The notes under the pieces: generated by a model
Told to the model about the DNA's origin: nothing
Seen by the model: the letters and a program-made list of their open reading frames with translations, nothing else
Database searches by the model: none
Made by a program: the position numbers and the translations under genes
From: Bowdeniella nasicola
GTDB lineage: Bacteria > Actinomycetota > Actinomycetes > Actinomycetales > Actinomycetaceae
Assembly: GCA_030537655.1 (NCBI GenBank)
Contig: JAUNVN010000001.1
Span: 1-35,984, forward strand
Length of the DNA: 35,984 nucleotides
Direction of reading: 5' to 3'
Shown here: piece after piece, positions 26,303-35,984 of the stretch
Numbering within the stretch: position 1 is the first letter of the stretch
How the letters are laid out: every line of letters begins with the position of its first letter

Positions 26303-28303
26303 TCAGTGCGTGTTGGCTTCAGTGTCACTTTCGGTGATCATCGGGCCGGCAAACTGCGCCTGATACAACTTCCAATAGGCACCGCGTTTGGCCAGTAGCT
26401 GATCGTGGTTGCCCTGTTCAACGATCCGCCCCGCATCCATCACCACGATCTGATCAGCATCGCGGATCGTTGATAGCCGGTGGGCAATCACGAAGGACGT
26501 GCGGTTTTGGCGTAAATCTGCCATCGCCTGTTGGATGAGCACTTCGGTGCGGGTATCAACCGAACTGGTGGCCTCATCCAAGATGAGGATCCGCGGGTTG
26601 GCGAGGAAGGCCCGTGCAATCGTGATGAGCTGACGTTCCCCGGCAGAGACACTCTCCCCCTCTTCGGCGCACACCGTGTCATACCCCTGGGGCAGGTGGC
26701 TGACGAACCGGTCCACGTAAGCGGCCTTCGCGGCAGCGCGCACCTCTGCGTCACTCGCATCGGGACGTCCGTAGCGGATATTGTCCGCAATAGTGCCGGC
26801 AAACAGCCAGGTGTCCTGCAGCACCATCCCGGTGCGGGAGCGTAAATCGTGGCGGGTGAGTTCGCGGATATCAACCGCATCGGACCCATCGGGGGCACAT
26901 CCCAGGGTGATCACGCCGTCATCGATCTCATAAAACCGCATGATCAGGTTTACCAGCGTGGTTTTACCCGCGCCGGTTGCGCCCACGATCGCGGTGGTCG
27001 AGCCGGGTGTTGCGATCAGGTTGAGATGTTCGATTAGCGGCGTATCGGCCTGGTAGCGGAAGGACACGTCACGAAATTCGATCCGGCCCGCCTCGGCTGG
27101 CAGCTGGGTGGGCGCAGCGTGATCGGGGGTTTGTTCTTCTTCATCTAACAGCTCAAAGACCCGTTCGGCACTCGCAACTCCCGATTGCAGCAGGTTTGCC
27201 ATCGAACCGAGTTGACCGAGCGGCTGAGTGAACTGGCGGGAGTATTGGATGAAGGCCTGCACTGAGCCAATCGAGAGCTGACCCGATGCCACCTGCAGCC
27301 CACCGACGACAGCGATCGCGACATAGACGAGGTTACCGATAAAGGTCATCGCCGGCATGATCACTCCGGAAATGAACTGGGCCGCAAAGCTGGCGTGGTA
27401 CACCCGCGCATTTTCGCTCGCAAAATCCTCTTTCACTCGTGCTTGATGGCCATAAACCTTCACGAGGGCGTGGCCGCTGTAGGTTTCTTCAATCCGGGAG
27501 TTCAACACGCCCGTTTCTTTCCACTGCGCTACGAATTGGGGTTGCGAGCGCTTGGCCACCACTGTGGTGACGAGCACCGTCAGGGGGATCGTTACGAATG
27601 CGACGAGGGATAGCAGCGGTGAGATACTCACCATCATCGCCAGTACGCCAATCACGGTCAGCAGTGAGGTGATTACCTGCGAGAGGGTTTGTTGTAACGT
27701 CTGGCCGATATTGTCAACGTCATTGGTCACGCGGGAAAGGAGTTCACCGCGCTGCACCGAATCGGTATAGCGCAGCGGCAGGCGCGCAAGTTTATCTTCC
27801 ACCTGCATGCGCAACCGGTGCATGGCACCTTGGACCACCACGTTCAGGAGCCGTGATTGCACGAGCGCGAACAGCGATGCAACCACATAGACCGCCAAGA
27901 CGATCGCCAGCAGGGTGGCAAGGCGATGAAAATCGATGCCACTGCCGGGAATGAAATCCATCCGTTCGAGCATTTGCGCCCGATCGGTTTGCCCAGCAGC
28001 ATTGAGTTGATCAACCAGCTGTGCTTTACTCACGGTGGCGGGAACCTGCCGGGAAATGAACCCGGCGAAGACCACGTTGGTTGCTTCCCCAAGGATTTTT
28101 GGCCCCGCGACGGTTAACCCGACGCTGATCACCCCGAGCAGCACCACCACGGAAATACGCAGCGCATCGTCTTTCAGGGTGCCGAGCAATCGGCGTGCGG
28201 AGGGGAGAAAATTTTGCGCTTTTTCTCCCGGCATGCCGCGGCGCCGGCGGCCGCGTTGACCGCCGAGTGCGGGCCCGGCGTTTTCTGACTTCGTCTTACT
28301 CAT
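26303..28303 (-). CDS. Heterodimeric ABC exporter, subunit B (TMD + NBD, consensus catalytic Glu/His)
   Basis: GATGAGKTT, degenerate signature SAGERQ, ILDEATSSVD and IAHRLSTI. ATGA overlap with subunit A; start at ATG 28303. Confidence 0.92.
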   Translation of the reverse strand: MSKTKSENAGPALGGQRGRRRRGMPGEKAQNFLPSARRLLGTLKDDALRISVVVLLGVISVGLTVAGPKILGEATNVVFAGFISRQVPATVSKAQLVDQLNAAGQTDRAQMLERMDFIPGSGIDFHRLATLLAIVLAVYVVASLFALVQSRLLNVVVQGAMHRLRMQVEDKLARLPLRYTDSVQRGELLSRVTNDVDNIGQTLQQTLSQVITSLLTVIGVLAMMVSISPLLSLVAFVTIPLTVLVTTVVAKRSQPQFVAQWKETGVLNSRIEETYSGHALVKVYGHQARVKEDFASENARVYHASFAAQFISGVIMPAMTFIGNLVYVAIAVVGGLQVASGQLSIGSVQAFIQYSRQFTQPLGQLGSMANLLQSGVASAERVFELLDEEEQTPDHAAPTQLPAEAGRIEFRDVSFRYQADTPLIEHLNLIATPGSTTAIVGATGAGKTTLVNLIMRFYEIDDGVITLGCAPDGSDAVDIRELTRHDLRSRTGMVLQDTWLFAGTIADNIRYGRPDASDAEVRAAAKAAYVDRFVSHLPQGYDTVCAEEGESVSAGERQLITIARAFLANPRILILDEATSSVDTRTEVLIQQAMADLRQNRTSFVIAHRLSTIRDADQIVVMDAGRIVEQGNHDQLLAKRGAYWKLYQAQFAGPMITESDTEANTH

Positions 28304-30039
28304 GCTCCCACCTGCGCATGTTGTTGTGAGGCGAGAATTTCGCGATATGTCGCGCACTGCGCCACCAATTGGTCATGACTGCCGCATCCGACAATCGTGC
28401 CGCCATCGAGTACCACAATTTGTTCCGCATCGCGGATCGAGCTGATGCGCTGCGCGACAATCAGTCGACTCGCGTTCGGGTGGTGCGCGCGTAAGGCGGC
28501 TTGCAGCGCCGCGTCGGTTGCCATGTCGAGGGCGGAAAAGGCGTCATCAAAAATGTACAGGCTCGGGTTTTTCACCAGTGCACGCGCAATGGCAAGCCGT
28601 TGGCGTTGCCCACCCGAAACGTTTGTTCCGCCCTGGTTAATACCAGCATCAAGCTGGCCGGGCAGCGCGGCAACAAAGTCGGCTGCCTGCGCAACCTCGA
28701 GTGCCTGCCACAGTTCTGCATCACTCGCATCGAGATTGCCATAGCGCAAATTTGTCGCAATCGTGCCTGAAAAGAGGAAGGCGCGTTGGGGTACGAGCCC
28801 AATGTGGTCCCACAGGGTGTCTGGGTCCAGCTGACGAATATCACGCCCCGCGAAGGTGATCTGTCCTCCAGTGGCATCAAATAGCCGCGCAACCAACCCG
28901 ACAAGCGTGGTTTTGCCCGCACCGGTCGCTCCAATAATCGCGGTGGTCTTGCCGGGGGTGATGGTAAAGGAGATGTCATGCAGCACCGGGTGGGCAGCGC
29001 CGGGATAGGCAAATTCCACCTGGTGAAAACACACCTCGCCGCGGTCACTTAGCTGCGTGATCGCCCGTGTGGGCGCACTGACGGTTGGCTCGGTTTTCAG
29101 GACATCGCGGATCCGCGCGGCGCACACGGCCGCGCGCGGGATCATCACGAACATGAAGGAGGCGAGCATCACGCCAATGAGGATTTGCAACAGGTATTGC
29201 AAAAAGGCGAACAGCGTGCCGATCTGGGTGGCGCCAGTATCGATCAGGCGGCCACCAAACCAGATCACCGCAACTGACGACACGTTCATCACCAGCATGA
29301 TCGCCGGGAACATGAACGCCATAATGTTGCCTGCCCGCACCCCCACGTCGGCAACCTCACTGCTGGCGCGGTAAAAGCGCGCATATTCGTTTTCTTCGCG
29401 CACAAAGGCACGGATCACCCGCAGGCCCGCGAGCTGTTCGCGCATGATTTGGTTGAGTCGATCAATACGGCGTTGCATCACTTTGTAGGCGGGCACCATT
29501 TTGATCACGATCGCGCTCACGCACACGAGCATCACCGGGATCGTCACGAGCAGCAGCCAGGACAGCTGTGCATCTTGGCGCAGCGCCATCACCACCCCGC
29601 CGATGGCGAGCATTGGGGCGGATACCATCAAGGTGGAGGATGCTTGCACCAGCATTTGCACCTGCTGCACGTCATTGGTGTTGCGTGTAATCAGGGATGC
29701 GGCACCAAATTCGCTCACTTCTTGCTGGGAGAAGTCCACGACGTGGTGAAAGAGTGCAGCGCGCAGATCACGTCCGATCCCCATCGCGAGCCTCGCGCCG
29801 AAGTAGGCGGCCGTGATCGCGCAGCTTACCTGGATGAGGGTGACCGCCAACATCACGCCGCCCATTTTCCAAATGTAAGGGATGTCGCCGACCACGACGC
29901 CCTGGTCGATAATGTCGGCATTCAAAGTGGGCAGCAGCAGCGAGGCGAAGGACTGCGCGAGTTGGAAGATAATCACGCCGACAACCAGCGCCGAGGCCTC
30001 ACGGATGTAGGGTCGCAGCAGTTGGTGCAAAACTTTCAC
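28300..30039 (-). CDS. Heterodimeric ABC exporter, subunit A (TMD + NBD, degenerate site)
   Basis: GATGAGKTT, VSGGQRQR, Walker B IFDDAFSALD (Asp for the catalytic Glu) and H-loop AQR. This is the TM287/288-type pattern. Confidence 0.92.
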   Translation of the reverse strand: MKVLHQLLRPYIREASALVVGVIIFQLAQSFASLLLPTLNADIIDQGVVVGDIPYIWKMGGVMLAVTLIQVSCAITAAYFGARLAMGIGRDLRAALFHHVVDFSQQEVSEFGAASLITRNTNDVQQVQMLVQASSTLMVSAPMLAIGGVVMALRQDAQLSWLLLVTIPVMLVCVSAIVIKMVPAYKVMQRRIDRLNQIMREQLAGLRVIRAFVREENEYARFYRASSEVADVGVRAGNIMAFMFPAIMLVMNVSSVAVIWFGGRLIDTGATQIGTLFAFLQYLLQILIGVMLASFMFVMIPRAAVCAARIRDVLKTEPTVSAPTRAITQLSDRGEVCFHQVEFAYPGAAHPVLHDISFTITPGKTTAIIGATGAGKTTLVGLVARLFDATGGQITFAGRDIRQLDPDTLWDHIGLVPQRAFLFSGTIATNLRYGNLDASDAELWQALEVAQAADFVAALPGQLDAGINQGGTNVSGGQRQRLAIARALVKNPSLYIFDDAFSALDMATDAALQAALRAHHPNASRLIVAQRISSIRDAEQIVVLDGGTIVGCGSHDQLVAQCATYREILASQQHAQVGA

Positions 30040-30650
30040 TGTGACCCTCCCGCCAGTGCTTGGGGTTGTTTTCCAATAAATCCGTGGAGCGCAAAATTGA
30101 CCAGTTCGTCATCACTGAGCGCCCCCTCACCGTGGTGGTGCGGGGCTGAGGCAGCCACCGCGAGCATGCGGATCAGCAACGCCACCCGTTCGGGCGGCAA
30201 ATTGAGCTGATCGCCATCGCCGGCAAATACCTGTGCGATCGCATCGGTGACGGCCGTGCTGTACTGCCGACGCACCAGTGTGCACGCATCGTCATGATCG
30301 AGTAAGGACAGCATGGTAAAAGCTCCCTGTGCGCTGTGGCGCGCCTGGGTGATGACCTCTCGCAGCCGGTTTTCCAAGGTGAGGTGCCCATCGAAATCAA
30401 TCGCCGCAAGCTGGTTGCGTGCCTGGTTGTAATACGTCTCAACCACGGCATGTAACAGCGTGCGCTTATCACCGAACGCTCGGAAAATTGTCCCTTCGGC
30501 AATGCCCAATTCATCGGCAAGCTGTCTGGTCGACAGCGTGTTGCCATAGCGTAAGAACAGCGGAATAGCGGACGTTGCAATCATCTTCCGGCGGTCGTCG
30601 CCAGACATCGGTCGAGCGCGCGAGCCGCCATCTTGGGGTTGGCCAAACAC
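30036..30650 (-). CDS. TetR/AcrR family regulator
   Basis: HTH STRQLADELGIAEGTIFRAFGDK. GTGA overlap with the exporter. Start GTG 30650, alternatively ATG 30608. Confidence 0.88.
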   Translation of the reverse strand: MFGQPQDGGSRARPMSGDDRRKMIATSAIPLFLRYGNTLSTRQLADELGIAEGTIFRAFGDKRTLLHAVVETYYNQARNQLAAIDFDGHLTLENRLREVITQARHSAQGAFTMLSLLDHDDACTLVRRQYSTAVTDAIAQVFAGDGDQLNLPPERVALLIRMLAVAASAPHHHGEGALSDDELVNFALHGFIGKQPQALAGGSQ

Positions 30651-30665
30651 GGAGTCAAGAATAAT

Positions 30666-30681
30666 GAGTGAGCACTCACTC
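30666..30681. promoter_or_regulatory. Probable TetR operator
   Basis: Inverted repeat GAGTGAG-ca-CTCACTC immediately upstream of the minus-strand -10 TATTCT (30658-30663) of tetR. Confidence 0.7.
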
Positions 30682-30795
30682 CGCCACTCAGGTCGACCTT
30701 TCCTCCCCCCTTGTCACCGCCACAGTGCTCACCACTGGTGACGTGCCGCAGCCCGCAGGGGTGTACGTGAGGCATCAGCCCAATCGGTTACGCCC

Positions 30796-31599
30796 TTAAC
30801 TGCGCATATCCCGCACCGTGAGAATCTGTTCGGCTCTGCCAAAGGGGCCATCAAGATCGTGCAGCACCGTTGAGGTCACTCCGATACCGTCGGCGCCGAC
30901 CGATTGGCGCACATCAAAGCCGATCCACTCTCCTTGCGGCAACCGGTAGAGATGGACGGTGAAATCCACATTGGGAAACATCCACTGGTCTTTATCACCG
31001 CGCGGCATCACCCCGTTGGTGGTATCGGCCATGGACAGAGCTTTAGCCAGGCTACTGGGTTTTTCCCCGGCGAGGACATCAACGTCGGTGGTCATCCATA
31101 CAACACCGCATCCTGGACGGGCACCGGGCGCGCGCCGATAGGTGGTCGCTCGCATATATCCGCCCGGCCATTTCCGCATTTCCGGATAGGGTTCACACTG
31201 ATCGGGCGGAGGAATAGGTGGGTCTTCAATTCCGGCTATTGGTGTCGCATCGGAGGTCATCAGCCGCCAGGCCCGCACCGACAATACTGCCTGCTCGCCG
31301 TGAATCATCGTGGCGCGCAACAGTTCAATCGTGCGTCCCGCACGCAGTGTTTCCACCGTAATTCGGAAACGACCGGCATGAATTTTTCCGAGAATCTCAA
31401 AGCACAGCCGCGCAAAACGTTTTGGAGCCCCTGCCGGCTGGTCCGCATCGCTCGCAGCGCTATAGCGTTCCAGTTCACGGGTGAGCAAACCGCAGGCAGC
31501 GGCCATGTGCTGGGCAGTAATATCCCACGCACCTTCCGCCAGTGCCGTCGACTCGAAGTAGCCGTTTCCTAAACTGCGATAGTAACTTTGTCGGCCCAT
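30796..31599 (-). CDS. Double-hotdog acyl-CoA thioesterase-like protein
   Basis: Motifs EGAWDITAQH, LRAGRTIEL, MADTTNG, FPNVDFTVHLYRLPQGEWIG and GPFGRAEQIL. Start placed at ATG 31599. Confidence 0.8.
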   Translation of the reverse strand: MGRQSYYRSLGNGYFESTALAEGAWDITAQHMAAACGLLTRELERYSAASDADQPAGAPKRFARLCFEILGKIHAGRFRITVETLRAGRTIELLRATMIHGEQAVLSVRAWRLMTSDATPIAGIEDPPIPPPDQCEPYPEMRKWPGGYMRATTYRRAPGARPGCGVVWMTTDVDVLAGEKPSSLAKALSMADTTNGVMPRGDKDQWMFPNVDFTVHLYRLPQGEWIGFDVRQSVGADGIGVTSTVLHDLDGPFGRAEQILTVRDMRS

Positions 31600-31671
31600 G
31601 GCCCGATCATCACCACCGGGTGATATCGCTGCAAGACCTTGTGCCACCAGCTAGTTACATCAAAGTGGAGA

Positions 31672-33024
31672 TCATTTGCGTTCACGGCTAAGCGCGTCGA
31701 TGGCCAGGACCACATTCGCCGCCGACCATGCAAGCGGCGCCACCGCTGCGGGCTGTCCACCGGGTCCAACCTTTTCCGGGATTGCCCCCACCGCGGTGCT
31801 ATGAGCGGCAATCCACTGCAATATGTCGATCGCACGTTGGCGCTCGCCCTGCGACTCGGCGCTATGACTGCCAGCCCATTCGGCAGCTACCCAGGCGTGC
31901 AACGTGGTTTCGGGGGTCCACGAGATCCCGTCATCTTTCCACCCGGCCCCCGGTGCATATCCGCCTGAAGCCGGCACATATTGACGCGCCAAAGATTCGC
32001 GCCAGGCTTTTCGCGCACCGGGCAGAGCACGGTCTTGGAAGGGCGGCAAAAGGAATGCAATGGCCGCATCGGGGGCGGTGCCATGGCCGTAGCGACCGTA
32101 GGAGGGGCCGAAATATTCGATGATCTGCTCACGCAGGCGCGCACTACGCTTGGCGGCAGCAGCGATCAGCTCACTTTCGTTTTCTACAAGCACACCAAGC
32201 TCTCGACCAAGTTGCGCAATTGCCGACAGTCCCGCCAGGGTTAAGGCAGCGGTAGCGAGCGTGAGCTCAGTTTCCTGACGTTCCCAATAGTCCGATGATG
32301 GCGGAGGTAACCCCGCGGCGGTAGCGGCCAATAGCTGCTCACCAGCAGCGACGATTGAGGGGCCAAATTCCTCCCACAGTTGCGCGTGCCAGACACTGTG
32401 TCCATCGGCTGCCAGCGCCTGCAGCAGTTGGGTAAAACCCCAGGCGTACCAACCGATGGCTTCAAACTGGTCGGGCCGCGAATCGGGGGGATGTCCATCC
32501 GGAGCGATCCGAGGCGCGAACGAACCATCGGGACGCTGGGCGTCACGCAGGGAACGGTAGAGCGCAACGGCACGCTGGCTATCACCGCCGCGGGCAAATG
32601 CCACCGCGACACTCACGCCATCACGCGGCCACTGGTAGCGCCATGCAGGCGCCCATCCAGCCAGTGCGAAGCGGGTGGTTGGCCGCTGGTTAACGAGCGG
32701 GGTGAGGGTGCGTAAATCACGCTACGCAGCTTGGCGCAGCTGCGCTAAGGAGCTGGTGGCATCCAAGGCAATCGCCTGCCAGGTGTCCTGACATGGGGAG
32801 TGTGCGGCGAAACGGTCATCATATTGAACTGGGATTTCAGTAATCAGCTCCCGCAGCGGCCGCTTACCCGATCCCTCCAAGGAATGCGCAGCGGTGCGCG
32901 CGGGGCACACACCTGCCTGAAAGAGCGGTTGACTAGACGGATAGATCCGGGCACTGCCCGCAAGTGTGAGCACGGCGGTAACCACGGCAACGGCCGTGAG
33001 CGCCGAGGAATCTCGGTGCCTCAC
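31672..33024 (-). pseudogene. Exported/anchored glycoside hydrolase family 15-like gene interrupted by one in-frame TAG at 32722-32724
   Basis: The ORFs 32722-33024 and 31672-32616 are in the same frame. The 105-nt gap translates openly as RDLRTL...AGWAPAWRYQWPRDG, containing the GH15-type WPRD motif. DYWE, IPEK and PLAWS follow. N-terminal hydrophobic helix; AAAGGA RBS before GTG 33024. Confidence 0.8.
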
Positions 33025-33053
33025 GGCCGTTCCTTTAGGGATGCGACAACGGA

Positions 33054-34103
<1,050 letters not shown>

Positions 34104-35390
34104 TCACACGTGCCGGAAATTTCCGAGCTTGATCAACCGGTCTAACACTTTTCCAGCCGAAGCTCGCAGTCCGTCGTGTTGATACGCGTCTGTCTGCCAC
34201 ACCTTCGCGCCCATCAGTTCGGCCGTTTGCAGGGAATATGTGGTGGGGACAAACATATCGTTGGTATACACCGCCGCGACAACGGGGACCTGGTTGGTCG
34301 CTAACACCTGCAAATCGTACAGGGGCGGAAAATCGATGTCATGGGCAAGAGCGTGGGCTTCGGCCCGCAGCGGAATCAGTGCGGGGTCTTCTTCAAATTG
34401 CCACGGATAAATATGTTCTCCGGTCAGGTAGTGGCCCTGGGCACCGAATTCTGGGAACTCCGCGCGCACCCGCTCGGCGGCCCACGCGGTGGGGATACCG
34501 GCAAGTCCAGCACTCCTGCCGGCATAGATCGTCTCGTGCATCAGCGCATAGAGCGGCCGGTCAGCGAAACTGAGTTGGGCGCCGATTCGGGTCAGGAAGG
34601 ACTGCGAAAGTCGCCTGTGTCCGCGCACGGTACAAAACGGGGATTCGAGGAGGAAATGCAGGGCATCGTAGCCGGTATCGGTACCTAAATTAATTCCGAT
34701 TGTCCGAAATCGCCTGGAGGAGAGCACCTCTCCGGTGGGCAGACGCTCCTGGTGGGTATCAAGGTGGCGGATAATGTCACGCACGGTTTGTTCGTCCGGA
34801 AATTGCGCAAAATACTCACGATTGCGCTCGATTGTTTGGCGGTAGGTTGCCCGATAGTTATCTTCTAACGCCACCTCCAGTCCCGGCAGTCCACCGGTGA
34901 TGTAGGCGCCGGCGACCCCTTCAGGATGGGTTGACAGGTAGGTGGTGATACAAAATCCGCCATATGACTGTCCCAGGATGTACCACGGCGGGGCATTCAG
35001 CGCGGCGCGGAGGGTCTCACAGTCACCAACGATGGCATCGGCGCGAAAATCTTTCAGATATGCAACGCGCTCGGCACTACTTCCGAAATTCTCCAGTGTC
35101 GCCGCATCGATCCGAGTGGAGCGACCGGTGCCGCGCTGGTCGAGGAGCACGACGCGATAGTCCTGCAGGGCCCGTCCGATCCACCCGGTTGTCGGGTTTC
35201 CCTGCCTGGGTGCGGGTGAACCGGGCCCGCCCTGTAAGAAGAGGAGGTAGGGTTTGGACTGATCATCGCCAATGATGCGGGCAAAGAGTTTAATCGTTGC
35301 CCCATCGCTCGGGCGCGAATAATTGTGCGGTACGTCAAGGGTAATTTCTTGGACACTGTGTCCATAAACACGGTAGCTCGTCACATCCAT
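34104..35390 (-). CDS. Proline iminopeptidase-like alpha/beta hydrolase (peptidase S33)
   Basis: Motifs FLQGGPG, DQRGTGRS, nucleophile GQSYGG, DMFVP and HDGLR. Confidence 0.87.
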   Translation of the reverse strand: MDVTSYRVYGHSVQEITLDVPHNYSRPSDGATIKLFARIIGDDQSKPYLLFLQGGPGSPAPRQGNPTTGWIGRALQDYRVVLLDQRGTGRSTRIDAATLENFGSSAERVAYLKDFRADAIVGDCETLRAALNAPPWYILGQSYGGFCITTYLSTHPEGVAGAYITGGLPGLEVALEDNYRATYRQTIERNREYFAQFPDEQTVRDIIRHLDTHQERLPTGEVLSSRRFRTIGINLGTDTGYDALHFLLESPFCTVRGHRRLSQSFLTRIGAQLSFADRPLYALMHETIYAGRSAGLAGIPTAWAAERVRAEFPEFGAQGHYLTGEHIYPWQFEEDPALIPLRAEAHALAHDIDFPPLYDLQVLATNQVPVVAAVYTNDMFVPTTYSLQTAELMGAKVWQTDAYQHDGLRASAGKVLDRLIKLGNFRHV

Positions 35391-35512
35391 GCTGCTAATC
35401 TACGTTGCTGCCCAATTACGGGGAAAATTACGTGTCGCGATTAACCGCTACCGCCATTGTTGAGTGATGTTGGAGTATCTCTCCCCGGAAACTACCGGCG
35501 CGCTATCGCACC

Positions 35513-35531
35513 CTAGGGTTGAGTTCCCTAT
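35513..35531. promoter_or_regulatory. DtxR/IdeR-like palindrome in the ferritin promoter
   Basis: cTAGGgTtGagTtcCCTAt has the TAGG-N9-CCTA core and matches TTAGGTTAGSCTAACCTAA at about 11/19 positions. Overlaps the -10 TATGAT. Confidence 0.4.
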
Positions 35532-35541
35532 GATGACCAAT

Positions 35542-35984
35542 ATGGATATCCCCAACGAACTCCTGCAGCCCTACAACGACCAGATCACCCTTGAATTGAC
35601 TGCCGAGACGGTCTACCGTCAACTGGCCATTGAACTTGATGTGTTGGATCTTCCCGGGATGGCATCGTGGATGCGCATCCAAGCTGATGAAGAAGTCACC
35701 CACGCAAACCGATTTATTAACCATGTCCTCGATCGTGACGGTCACCCAAAAATCGGCACGGTGAAAGTTGAGGGGATTGAGGTGAACTCGCCGGTGGATG
35801 CCTTCAAATTAGCGCTCGCACACGAACAGAAAGTCTCCGCATCAATTCGCGCACTCTACCGCGTGGCCCGCGACCTTGACGATATTGACTCAATGCCCCT
35901 GTTGCACGCATTCTTAGAAGAACAGATCGAAGAAGAATCCAGCGTGTCTGAGATTATCGGTCGCATTGAAATGATTAAGGATGA
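35542..35984 (+). CDS. ftn: Bacterial non-heme ferritin, truncated by the window end (not in ORF track)
   Basis: MDIPNELLQPYNDQITLE...VYRQL...QADEEVTHA...AHEQKV...FLEEQIEEE, with ferroxidase ligands present. In-frame ATGs at 35530, 35533 and 35542; the last lies 7 nt after TATGAT. Confidence 0.9.
   Translation, partial: MDIPNELLQPYNDQITLELTAETVYRQLAIELDVLDLPGMASWMRIQADEEVTHANRFINHVLDRDGHPKIGTVKVEGIEVNSPVDAFKLALAHEQKVSASIRALYRVARDLDDIDSMPLLHAFLEEQIEEESSVSEIIGRIEMIKD

Noticed and set aside
28300-30039. Walker B Asp and H-loop Gln as evidence of a dead transporter
   Set aside because: This is the usual degenerate site of heterodimeric ABC exporters; the partner subunit supplies the consensus residues.

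Overview
A GC-rich (~60% by eye) chromosomal segment from an actinobacterium; an Actinomycetaceae-like host is my inference from gene content, GAAAGGA-type RBSs and many leaderless promoters. I see no mobile elements, tRNA/rRNA or CRISPR. Most of it is housekeeping and transport. In order: a truncated lipoprotein, sdaA, mtnN, an ABC exporter pair, a DsbA-like protein, modA and fused modBC, a three-subunit transhydrogenase, a YeiH exporter with its LysR, a phosphoribosyltransferase, and a cstA / C-terminal Cys-Cys small protein / ArsA-ATPase operon. Then rnhA, an LMW-PTP, a TetR-controlled heterodimeric ABC exporter, a thioesterase, a GH15-like gene broken by one in-frame TAG, nrdF, proline iminopeptidase and a truncated ferritin. 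The most striking element is a tandem pair of paralogous Pif1/RecD-like helicase genes (19089-21599 and 22275-24995). Both have the same architecture: SF1B helicase, degenerate DnaQ-like exonuclease, two BRCT domains. The second copy keeps every motor motif. The first has lost Walker B and motifs III-VI yet remains an uninterrupted 836-aa ORF. A 675-bp hairpin-rich spacer separates them, and RNase HI lies convergent downstream. All family calls come from motif recognition by eye; no database searches were run.
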